Assembly: GCA_900088475.1 (NCBI GenBank)
Contig: FLMG01002622.1
Location: 124,001 to 188,000 of the forward strand
Length of the DNA stretch: 64,000 nt
Reading direction: 5' to 3'
From: Hyphochytrium catenoides
Lineage: Eukaryota; Protista; Hyphochytriomycota
Each line of letters opens with the position of its first letter. The first letter of the stretch is position 1. The notes under the pieces are model-generated. The model had not been told where the DNA came from and did not search any database. It was given only the letters and a program-made list of their open reading frames with translations. Shown one piece after another: positions 47,951 through 59,077 of this stretch. The position numbers were made by a program, and so were the translations under genes.

Positions 47951-47999
47951 TTTCCATTCCCTCTCTCTCTCTCTCTCTCTCTCCCTCTTTGTCTCTCTG

Positions 48000-48032
<33 letters not shown>

Positions 48033-48201
48033 NNNNNNNNNNNNNNNNNNNNNNNNNNNNNNNNNNNNNNNNNNTCTCTCCCTCTTTCTCTCTCTCTCTC
48101 TCTCTCTCTCCCCTCTCTCCGCTCCTTCCCTCTTCGCTCTCTCCACGCTTTTCTCTGTTTTGACCTTCTCTTCTTTCTCTTCCCTTTCTCTTCTATTGTT
48201 C

Positions 48202-48259
<58 letters not shown>

Positions 48260-48626
48260 CCCTCCTTTTTCTTTCTTTCCGTCTCTCACACGCTGTCAAC
48301 TTTTATCAATCAAATTCAACTAACCCAAAAGGAAGGGCTGGCAGTCTTTTCGGCCTAAAAACATCTTATTATAGTACGATAGAACTTGTGTTAGGGCTTT
48401 TTTTTTAAATTTGTGGGTGGGTAGCTTTTATTAGAACGTTTTATTAGGGCATCTTCATATTTTTGGCGATGTAAAGACTGTGGTTACTCACAGCGATTAT
48501 TATCTGTGTAACCCATATTATTTTCGGCTTGTTAGTTTCCTTCGGATGGTCGTTACAAACAAAGACGTGGCGTCGAGTGTAATATGCCTTTCTCTCTCCC
48601 CTGTTTTTGCTCTCTTCCTTCCTCTG

Positions 48627-48671
<45 letters not shown>

Positions 48672-49543
48672 TCTTGCCCTCCCTCTCCTCTCTCTCTCGC
48701 CCTCGGCCTCCCTCACTCGCCCATCTCTCTCTGTCGCTCTCTCTTCCGCACCACCCCCACCCTTGGCTGCCCTCTGTCTTCTTTCATCAGTCGATCTCTC
48801 TCTTCATCTCTTCTCTCCTTCTGACATTCTCCTGTTTGCCTCTCTCCCCTGCATCTCCCAGAGTAACAGCCCTACAGTCCTCGCCCTACTCTTCCTCACT
48901 ATCCTAAAATGTGAAGAACTCCAATCAAAAGCACGACCTGCACGGGACAGAAGATGATGTGCGAGAGAGAAAGCGCGCGCGAGAGAGAGAGAGAGAGAGG
49001 GAGGGAGAGAGCTTTCTTCTTTTCTCCACCCCACTTCTTCCCCATTGCCGTCCTGCACAGCCTCTCTCTTTTGTCCCTCTCCTCTGACCACATCGCATTC
49101 AAACGTTTCCGTTCCTTGTCATTTTCTTCATCCTTTCTCCCACTCTCATCCAGGATGAGGACGCAGTTGGGGCAAGGAAAGGGAAAGAGTGCCACGAATC
49201 CTCTTTTTTCTCCTGATCCACTGCCAAAAGCCTTGGGAAGGGTGACGATAAACAGCAAAACAAAAAGGTTTGCAACTACCAGCTGGGCCGAGGAACGCTC
49301 ATGAGATGGGCAAGTTAAGGGAGCGGGGAGAGAGAGAGAGAGGAAGAGAAAGAGAGAGAGAGAGAGAAAGAGAGAGAAGAGTAGTACTTAGGTGGAGAGC
49401 CATCCCGTCCAAGGCAAAAGGTTAAGTTAAGTGCGTTAGCGATAAGAGAAGACACTTTGTCACAATTTCACTGATCATTGGTTGGATCAGACCTCTACGC
49501 TAGGTGAGCAAGGAAGGAAGAGAAAGAAGGCAGAGCAGAAAAG

Positions 49544-49653
<110 letters not shown>

Positions 49654-49870
49654 TTATAGGACCTATGTGTCTCTGTGAAGGCGTGAGAGAGACTAGCAAC
49701 TTGAAGGATGTATGCCTGTCACTTCCCTTGGCAGTCCCTTCCAGAGCTTTATCCATATGACACGCCGCTCAGTCAGAAGCAGAAGGCGCCACGTCCACCA
49801 AAATAGATAACCTATAGCGGCTACCCATGTGCTCTTGCTGGTGATCCTCTCTTCCTTCTCTCTCTCTCTT

Positions 49871-49910
<40 letters not shown>

Positions 49911-50455
49911 CGCTCGCTCGCTCTCTTTCTTTCTTTCTCTCTCCCGCTCTCTCGTTTCAATTCTTCTTCCTCTCGCTTCCTTCTATCTATCCCGCAGTTT
50001 CTGGAGAGAAGACTTCTCATTCGCGTGCCTGGTTGGATCAACACGTCCCATCTTTGGTACCACGGAAGGACGCAGTAGAAATTGAGAGAGAAAGAGAGAG
50101 AGAGAAAGAGAGAAACGCGAGGTGGACAACCTTTATCGTGCGCGTGCTCTTCCTCATTCCTCTTTTCTCCCATCTTTTCTCATTGCTGCTTCTCTCTTCG
50201 GTAGAGTCTGCTCTTCAAAGCGCTAAGAGACGACATCCCCAACAGAGAAAATAAACGAGAGAGAGTGACGACGGGAGAGAAGCACTTAAAAGCGAAGAGA
50301 GCCAAAGACCCGTTGAAAGTCCCTCCGTATCTCGCGGACCCAAACCAGCTCCAGCTTCTTCACTTTCCATTCACATACTAAGGAGAGCTTCCCACCGTTG
50401 GGCAAGAGAGAAAGAGAGAGAGAGACGAGAGAACGAATCCAAGAGAGAGAGAAAC

Positions 50456-50681
50456 ATGGGGGCCGGTATGTCAGTGAAAGGGGAGGACCTTGTGGTGGCG
50501 CACTATATGCCTCCCTTTCTCCTGCTGAACGTAGACGATCAGCTCTCTCCTGAGCTAGGAGAGTTATGCATGGTGAGGAACCTTCTCTTTTATCATAAAA
50601 GTCTCTCTTATTCTTTCTAGTATCGCTCTCCTTCTTTCTCTCCCCTGGAGATAGTGCTCCACGTCTGACCTACTCTCTCTT

Positions 50682-50713
<32 letters not shown>

Positions 50714-51752
50714 CTTCGCTCTCTCTCTCTCTCTCTCTCTTTCTTTCTCTCTCGCTCTCTCTCGCTCTCTCTCTCTCTCTCCCCCTCTCTCTCTCTCATA
50801 GAAATCTATTAACAAGATAACTAGTGGTGAGGCCGCGGCTTACAAGGCAGCCAAGGCCCAAGATCCGTCTCTTATGCCGCTGCCTTTCTTCTACAACTTC
50901 TTCTACCAAGAGCTCTTCCTCCGGAACCCGATCATTAAGCCTTACTTCCTCTCGACATCGATGATCAAGCAGGTTAGTCTAAGGTCTCTGCCTCTCTTTC
51001 ACTGTCTCGCTGTCTCGCTCTCTTTGCTGTCTCCTCGTTGCTTTCCCGCTCGCTAGACTACTCTCTCTCTCTCTTCTCACCTCTGTCTATATTTCTCTGC
51101 ACTATTTCGGTAACAATGCAATCCTTCTATTCTCTCCTTCTCTCTCTCTTCTCTCTCTTTCTNNNNNNNNNNNNNNNNNNNNNNNNNNNNNNNNNNNNNN
51201 NNNNNNNNNNNNNNNNNNNNNNNNNNNNNNNNNNNNNNNNNNNNNNNNNNNNNNNNNNNNNNNNNNNNNNNNNNNNNNNNNNNNNNNNNNNTCTCCCTCT
51301 CTCTCGTCTCTCCCTCTTCTCTCTCCTTCTCTTCTCTGTGTACTTAAAAATCCTCTGTCTCTCCCCGCTGTCTGTCCCTTGCTCTCAATCATCCTTGCTT
51401 CTAGGGAGAGATGCTGGTGAAGACTCTTTGCTCTCTGGCAAGCCTGGGCAAAGTGTCCAGAGAAGAAAGTAAAGCCAAGATCATCGACTTGGCCGAGCGC
51501 CATAACAAGCGTCGGATCCATCCCGCGTTCTACACAGCCTTCGCCACCACTCTCTTCGACGTCCTGAGACAGACGCTGAAAGAAGATTTCACGGTCGAGG
51601 TAGAGCGCGCTTGGCTCGTGACCTTCTCTTACGTGATGAAGATCCTGATGCCTGCCGTCGTCAAAGGAAGCAAAGACCTTGCTGACCCTTCAAAGCCAGC
51701 CTTTGTCCCGGAAGATGCCCCAGCACGGCGGAAGTCCTCTGTGGCGCCCTGA
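50456..51752 (+). CDS. Single-domain 3/3 globin with N-terminal extension carrying a myristoylation motif, 3 exons, ~211 aa
   Basis: Exons 50456-50572, 50802-50972, 51405-51752, all phase 0. Globin template: FFY (B10 Tyr), NPIIKPYF (C2 Pro, CD1 Phe), KQG (E7 Gln), LAERH (F8 His), IHPAFYTAF (G helix), EDFTVEVERAW (H8 Trp). N-terminus is MGAGMS. Confidence 0.9.
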
Positions 51753-51776
51753 TGATGGAGAAGAGAGTAAAGAGAG

Positions 51777-52000
51777 CATGCTAAACATCGGGAGAAGAGA
51801 AGAGAAAGAGAGAGAAATGTACAGGACATCAAGAGAAGATAAGAGAAAGAAGAGAGAGCAATGTACAGGACATCAAGAGAAGATAAGAGAAGAGAAAGAG
51901 AGAGAAATGTACCGGACATCGAGAGAAGAGAAGAGAAAGAAGAGAGAGAAATTGTACCGGACATCGAGAGAAGAGAAGAGAAAGAGAGAGAAATGTACTG
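51777..52000 (+). repeat. ~41-46 bp minisatellite, about 5 copies, downstream of globin stop
   Basis: Core AATGTAC(A/C)GGACATC(A/G)AGAGAAGA recurs at about 51817, 51860, 51906 and 51951, with a partial copy at 51992; spacers are GA-rich. Confidence 0.85.
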
Positions 52001-52429
52001 GGCAGAGGAAGTGCCCAAGGTGCATAATGCATAGACAGAGTGGCCCGATCAAGAGCTATTATCTTAGGCAAAGAGCTTTGGATAGTAGCCGATAAATAGA
52101 CTCATTTTATCGCCAACAGATTCTCTCTCTTCTGCTGCTTTGTCTGAGCGAGCATTCGTCTGTCTGTCTTTTCCTTTCTGAAGAGAGAGAACGACGAGAG
52201 TTCCCATGATATAGAGAAGGGCCAGATAGGAAAAGACAGGAGGAGAAGAAGAGAGAAGATGACAGAAGAGGAAATGTGGCCTTGAATGTTTCCTAATTCT
52301 GATGGTGGCCATGGCGAGCAACGGACTGACATTCTCATAGACTCTGAGAGATAACTTTCTTATTACCTGGTCGTGAGGGAGCCTGACTCTAGAAACCGTG
52401 AACTCGTCCGCTTGGGCAAACCGTCATTT

Positions 52430-52461
<32 letters not shown>

Positions 52462-52465
52462 CCCT

Positions 52466-52496
<31 letters not shown>

Positions 52497-52550
52497 GTTC
52501 TCTCTCTCTCTCTTTCTTTTCTCTCTCTCTCTCTTTCTTTTCTCTCTCTT

Positions 52551-52590
<40 letters not shown>

Positions 52591-53003
52591 ACTCTCTTGC
52601 TTTCTTTCTCACTTGGTCTCTCCCTTTTGGTCTCTCTTGCAGGACAGTCCAACTCTATGTTACTGCTCCATCCAGAGGAAGGACAGCCATTAGATAAGGG
52701 TGATGAGGAGCTCGTTGCTTGCCTTGTCATCAGCGGCGGCATGGACTAAGAGAAAGAGCCTTCCTCTCTCCTCATATCTCCTCTCCGCTGGTGACAAAGA
52801 GTGTGGGGCTGGTGAAGCGCCTTTTTTATCAAACGATTCATCATCATCGTTAGCTAGTCACGGACGAAGACCAGGAAGAGGAGCAAGGCAGGGTCAAAGA
52901 GGAGAGAGAGCGGGCCAGCAGCAGCAATCGACTGTCCTTGCCACTTCCTTCCATCACTATATTAGACAATCTTATCAACAGCCGCCCGTATTCTTCTTCT
53001 TCT

Positions 53004-53074
<71 letters not shown>

Positions 53075-53126
53075 TCTCTCTCTCTCTGTCTCTCGCTCTC
53101 TCTCTCTGTCTCTACCATCACTCTTT

Positions 53127-54333
53127 TCAAGAGCTATTTCCATGGCCACTGGAGCTGCTCCCGACGACGGGGATCACCCTGGCACGCCCCGCAGAAGGAG
53201 GAAGACCAGCCGTCGTGTTCGTAGGAGAAGAGCCCTTAGCCACCGCTTCTTCTTCCATGTCTGGCCGCCTCCCGCCATCATCGCCGCCAGTGCGGCTTCC
53301 TATTATCTTCTTATTCTCCTTCTTCTTCTTGCCACTTGCGCTCTTCCTCCCAGCCGCCGCGTTAGCTGCCGTCCTTAGGACATTGACGAAGGAAGTCTTG
53401 ACGAAGCGATTGTAAGGGTCCAGGATCATGCGGTAGACCTCATCCTCCGCGATGGAGAAGGCCGCCGCTAGAGCAGGGAAGGTGCTCATGTCCTCCATCG
53501 CAGTCTTGGTCACCGCCAGCAGCTTCTTCCTCAATCCTTGGTCAATGTTCACCTCATAAACAGAGCCTTCCTCTATGCAATCCACCATCAAACGCTCGAG
53601 ACACGTCTTCTTCTCTGCGTCGGTCACCGCGACACGAAGGGCATTCACAGCGCTAAGGAAGAGTATGTTCTCGACGCAGAACTCTTTGACCAGGTAGCCT
53701 TTGAAGGCCTCCATCAGCTCCGGGCGGCTGGTAAGCACTGCCTTGAGCTCCACAGTGGTCGATAAGGGCTTCATCATTGCCTCCTCGTCTTCTCCTCCTT
53801 TCCCGCATTGCTCCGCAGTCTCGCCTCCGCCCTGGTCCTTGTTGGTCTTTCTCATTGCTGCGCTGGGCCCAGAGGAGGACGACGACGAGGAAGGGAAGAA
53901 GTAGAAGAAAGAGAGCTGCCACTTGCCTTCATGGCAGAAGGAGACCCATAGCGGGCGGATAGAGGCGAACCAGATGTAGGACAGAGTAGCAAGGGCAAAG
54001 GCAAGCTGGCCCATAAAGAAACAATGGACTCTCACGTCTTCCTGAAGGTTTGCCGCGATGGTGGCTAGCATCTTAGGGAAAGCGCCCATGACGAAGAGAA
54101 AGATGATCTTCTTCCAGTTCTCGCCCAGATCGAACGCATCCTTGACAAAGTGCATTTGGTACGCAAAGAGCGCGTTCACAGTGAGGATGAAGGCCCAGAA
54201 ACCGACAACGAGAGCTTGCTGGTGGGGAGGGAAGAGGTAGAAAGGCATCCAACAGAGCAAAGGATAAGAAAAGAGCAGGGAAGGCAGAGAGAGAGAGAGA
54301 AGAGAGAGGGAAAGCGAGAGAGAGACAGAGACA

Positions 54334-54373
<40 letters not shown>

Positions 54374-54380
54374 GAGAGAC

Positions 54381-54433
<53 letters not shown>

Positions 54434-55329
54434 GAGAGAGAGGCATAAGATTGAGAAAGAAACGGGGAACGGGGTGCGGGAACGGATGGCAAAATATATC
54501 AGAGAAAGAAGGAGACAGAGAGGAGAAGAAAGACAACGGAGGGAGAGAGAGAGAGAGTTAGTCTTCACAGTTTGATTGTCCTCCCTTCTCTCCTCCTTCT
54601 TCAGCACCCTTCCTCCTTTTCTCTTCTTTCCCTTCTCTCATTCTCCTTTCTTCGGTCATTTCCTTTCTTCCTCTCTTGAGAACTCGTCCATCATGTCATC
54701 AGAGCTTACCTCTCCCACTGACTGATAGTCAAAGCAAGCTGCATCGTCAATGCTCGAGCTGAACAGCGTGTGGGAGGACCTTAGGGAGATCTGGACCAAC
54801 GGAGGAAGGAAAGACAGAGCTCCAGCCACAAGGAAGATCTTCCAGAGATGAGACTGAGAGGAGAGAAAGCTCAAACGGAGAAAGATATCGTCTTTTCTCG
54901 TCTTCGCGGCGAGCTTTCTCCTCTGTAAATGATAGACGAACCACTGATAGAACAGCTGGAGAGAGGTCCCGATGAGGAAAGGGAAGTGGTCGGCCCAGGA
55001 GAGAACAAAGTGGAAGATGCATCGCGAGGAAGAGGGAGAAGATGGGGACGCGGGGAAGACGAGAGGCTCCAAGAGAGACAAGATGAAGAGGCTGGCGCCA
55101 ATCTGTGTGGCGATAAGGATGAAGGACGGCGTTGAGTTCAAGGGAAAGAGATGGCGACGCTTCCAAAGCAGGATGCACAGGAAAGGCGTGAGGATGAAGA
55201 TGATGCTGACAAACGCGATGCAGAAGGTCGCATACATTGTGCCCCGGGCATTGACAAACTTGGAGCTGCGCTGTGGAGGAGAGGAGGAAGAAGAAGAAGG
55301 GCTGGAGAATGAGGAGGGAGAGGCAGCAT
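53127..55329 (-). CDS. 7TM-RGS fusion protein (AtRGS1/GprK-like architecture)
   Basis: Exons ~55329-54710 and 54218-53127. TM1 is followed by WKRRHLFPL; KDAFDLGE lies between TM5 and TM6; RGS box LKAVLTSRPELMEAFKGYLVKEFCVENILFL...IEEGSVYEVNID...FSIAEDEVYRMILDPYNRF. Start is either ATG 55237 or an unseen upstream exon. Confidence 0.9.
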
Positions 55330-57083
55330 CTTGAGAAAGAGGAGAAGAGAGAAAGATCATCTTCCTTTTTTAACTTCTCTCCTGCTTTGGCCTAATTCTT
55401 TCCTGGGCTTGACTCTGACTCTCAATCTCTCTCTTCTTGGCCTCTTCTCACGCTATTTCTTCTCTGAGCCTTCTCAAAGCTGCCTCACTTTGCTTCTCCT
55501 TTTCTCCTCTGGTTAAGCTTCGGCGCTATCCTCTTCTACTCTTTCTTGTCCTATCCACAGCTCAGGTGGCTGGCTTGATGACCACTCTCAGCAAGGAGAA
55601 GAGAACAATGACTCGAGAGCTTTCCGGGCAAACTTAGAAGGAAAAAGAGAGGGAGACGTTGAGGCAATTCAAACGAAAGGCATGCGAGAAAGAGAGAGAG
55701 AGAGAGAGAGTGAAAGGGAAGGGTTCTGAGCGGGTTCTCACTGTTCAGGGACAGAAGAGAGAACCTATCGTGTGGAGAAGAGAGAGACACCCACAGAAAG
55801 TGACGCTAGCCACGATGACCCGTAGACGACAGATAGAGAAAGAGATACAGCTTCTTGAGACAGCAGCCAGGATGGGTTGAGATCGTAGATCGACGGAGGA
55901 GACAGGAGAGCTGGAGGCACGCATGCCTAAGAAGTGAGAGAGATCAGGAATGGGAAGAACAGGCCGATATGGGAAGACTCTCTTTGCCTCCTCTCTTACT
56001 TTTTCAGGGATCTACCTGTTACGCTAGATTCTCTCTCTGGGCATCTCCCTTTTCTTTCTCCGTCTCCTCTTGTCTCTCGCTCTCTCGTACAGAGAGTTCT
56101 CTTTCCTAATAACAGTCCAAGGGCTCAGATCTCCTTCTTTATCAACCTCAGGTCACCATCATCAAGAGTGATGGGCACCTTTCTTCACCTCTTCCTTGGA
56201 AGACTCTCTTTGGAGATGCAGCAGAGAGGGAGACATCTCACATGCAGAAGAAGAAAGAAACAGAGGGAAGATGGGCTACCGAGGAGAGCGAACAGCTGGA
56301 AGGGACGGCGGTTGAGCCTCCAGCAGAGTGGCGGCCAACCTTCGTCCATCATCGTCGTCCATGGCCCTAATCTCAGGATAGAATAGAAAGGAGAGAGTCC
56401 ATCAATAAGCTCGATAACCGCCGTCTCGCGGCTGGCTTGACAGCAGCGCTTATGCTAGACATCAGGTATCTTGTCTGTCCGCCTCTCTCTCTCTCTCTCT
56501 TGCTCCTCCCTGTCTGTCAACCTCTTCTCTCTCTCGTCTTCTTTCTTCTCCCGGTTTCAAACAACTGTCTCTCCCTAACACCTCCCAAGCTTCCTAGCTC
56601 AAGCGCTGTGGCCATTGCCTCATCTCTACCTCTTCTGTCTCTTTCCACATCGACAAAATAGCGAGAAGGAAAAGAAGAGAGGAGAGAGATGGATTGCGAA
56701 CACGCAGAGGAGAGAGCAACCGTCCGTTCCCGTCTATCTATCTCCCATCTATCTTGTCTTCTTCCCTCTCCTTGCTATCTCGTTCCTGGCTTCTTTCCCT
56801 TCTTTAACGAGCATCCTCGTGGGACACGCTCTCACCGCCCTTTTCCATTCTTTCTTCAGTGTGGCTCTTGAGATGATGGGGCCGTGAGCTCGTTATCTGA
56901 AGGATGGCGGAACCCGCTCTCTTCCTTTTCCCACTTCTTCGGCTACAAAATAGAAGAGTTGTTGCCCGTTGTGGTGTCCTCTCTCTTCTCGTCTCTCTCC
57001 CTCTCTCTTATGTAGTCTCTCTCCCTCTCTCATGTGTGGTCCCTCTCTCTTTCCCCCTCTCTCTTATGGAGTGTCTCTCTCTT

Positions 57084-57125
<42 letters not shown>

Positions 57126-57185
57126 CTAGCCTCTGTCTCTCTCCCTCTCTGTGTCTCTTTCTCTCTCTGTGTCTCTTTCTCTCTC

Positions 57186-57229
<44 letters not shown>

Positions 57230-57848
57230 CCCCTCTCTCTCTCTCCTCTGACCCTCCATGAACAGGGTGCCCAGCGCAGGTCAGACGGGTGATGGGGTAA
57301 CCGACTCTGCCCCCTCAGGGTAAGAGTAATAATACAATAGTACTAAATCAATACTAGTAAGGAAGGGAATATTGTTTTAGTCCCGTCCGTTACATGTCTG
57401 GACGCTTATGTACCGTGCCCGAAAGGTCACCGACCGATGAAGTGCACTTTTAGGGCTTGTCATAGATTGCTCTTGAGGAGAGGAGGAGGGAAGGAAAGAG
57501 AGAGAGAGGAAAGAAGAAGAGAAGAGAGAGACATCATCCTGATGATAGCCTTCTTAACTTATTTCTATCTGGTTGGCCCTCCTCCTCCTCTCTAGTGCGG
57601 CGGGTAAAGAGTCCACAAGGAAAAGAAGAGGGGAATAGAGGTGGCCACGCGACGGTTGACAAAGAAGAGGTCCAGACCGAGAACTACTTAGAGTGAGTTA
57701 ACCTCGCAGAGATCTCTTCTTTTCTTATAGAAAAGGCCTGGGCGAGTCCCATCACCAGCGGCAGCCCGTTCTCCTCCTCAGTCCACGAGTAAGAAGCTCC
57801 TGTTCCCCCAGAGTACCCCTTTCTTTTGTTTGCTCTTCGCCTAGGTAA

Positions 57849-57909
57849 GAGAACTAAGCCCAGTTCGTTATCTTTATGATTAAGCGGACACCGACTGGGC
57901 TTAGTCCTT
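57849..57909. other. Inverted repeat / stem-loop
   Basis: ACTAAGCCCAGT (57853-57864) is the exact reverse complement of ACTGGGCTTAGT (57894-57905); 29-nt spacer; pairing extends by a few bases on both sides. Confidence 0.7.
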
Positions 57910-58005
57910 GCTTCTTTCTTGCCCGTTCTCTCTCTTCTCTATCTAACTCTTTCAGGCGGCTCATAAGTCCATTCTCCATTCTATTTATGACCTCTACTTC
58001 CTACT

Positions 58006-58056
<51 letters not shown>

Positions 58057-59077
58057 TCTCTGTCTCTCTCTGTCTCTCTCCGCTCTCTCTTTCTTTTTCT
58101 CTTTCCATTCCCCCCCATCATCATGCTCCTGACCTCCTCATCATCTCTAGGTCTCTCCGCTTCCTTTCCTTTAACAACATCCTGGCGCTGAGTAACCGCT
58201 GGGCATCAAGAAGAATGGACGGAGGACGACATGATGAAGAGGAAGACGAAGCGAGGACTATCTCCGGACAATCCTAGCGTCTTCTCTCTCTACCGCCGCC
58301 CAGGAGAAATAAGCTGTGTCTCTTGACGAGATGGGCTACGTTCAAATTTGAGCTTGATTTATGATCCTCTCCTTCCCCATCCTCTTCTTTTATGGCTTCT
58401 TCTCCAGTTGTCTCTCCTGCTTTCTCGCTCTTTTTTATATATCTCTCTCGTCGTCCTCGTTCCCGTCTCTCTCTGTCTCCCTGGTCTCTAAGTTTCTTCT
58501 TCCCCTTCTCCGCCATCAATCCGCTCTGTCTTCCGGCATCGGCACTGGTCACTGCAGGAGGACTGAGCAGAGCAGAAACATGCCGATGTAGATTGCGGCT
58601 ACTATAGAACTTCTCCTTCTTCGTCGTCCTATGCTGTCCACCATCACTTGAGAAGAAGAGAAGCGCAGTTCATTGATATGTCAGACTAAGAAGAAGAAAT
58701 GACAAGCAAGAAAGATGCGTGGCACGAAAGAGAAAGAAGAGACTGACGCAACGATGCATGATATGTCTGGTTGAGCTGCTGTTATATGCTTTGAAATCCA
58801 CCTCAAAAAGGCACAAAGGAAAGCGGCAGCAGCTCCACAAGTGGATGTGAGACGGAACAAGGGAAGAGCTGACCTCAGACTGTTTCCTCCGGATGCTTGC
58901 CATCGTAGCCCAGCTAAAGCTCCCAAGTCAAGAGCACCCTCAGGATTGCCGAGAGCTAAGAAACGGGAAGGACAGAGAGGAGAAGAAGAAGAGAGAAAGA
59001 AAGAAAGCAAAAAAGATAGTTAGTTAAGAGGAGAGGAGAGAGAGAGAGCAGCAGCAACAAGCTCATAGACAAAGAGA

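Noticed and set aside
51777-52000. CRISPR-like repeat-spacer appearance
   Set aside because: Spacers are low-complexity GA sequence rather than unique, the repeat is short and variable, the context is eukaryotic, and no cas genes are present.
57410-57450. Hammerhead ribozyme (GAAA ... CCGATGA)
   Set aside because: The core would need CUGAUGA, a following stem II and GAAA with a matching stem III; neither the sequence nor the order fits.
55340-58900. Short hydrophobic ORFs between the 7TM-RGS gene and the orphan ORF
   Set aside because: Pyrimidine-rich DNA yields F/L/S-rich pseudo-TM peptides by default; no consistent exon chain or motif was found.
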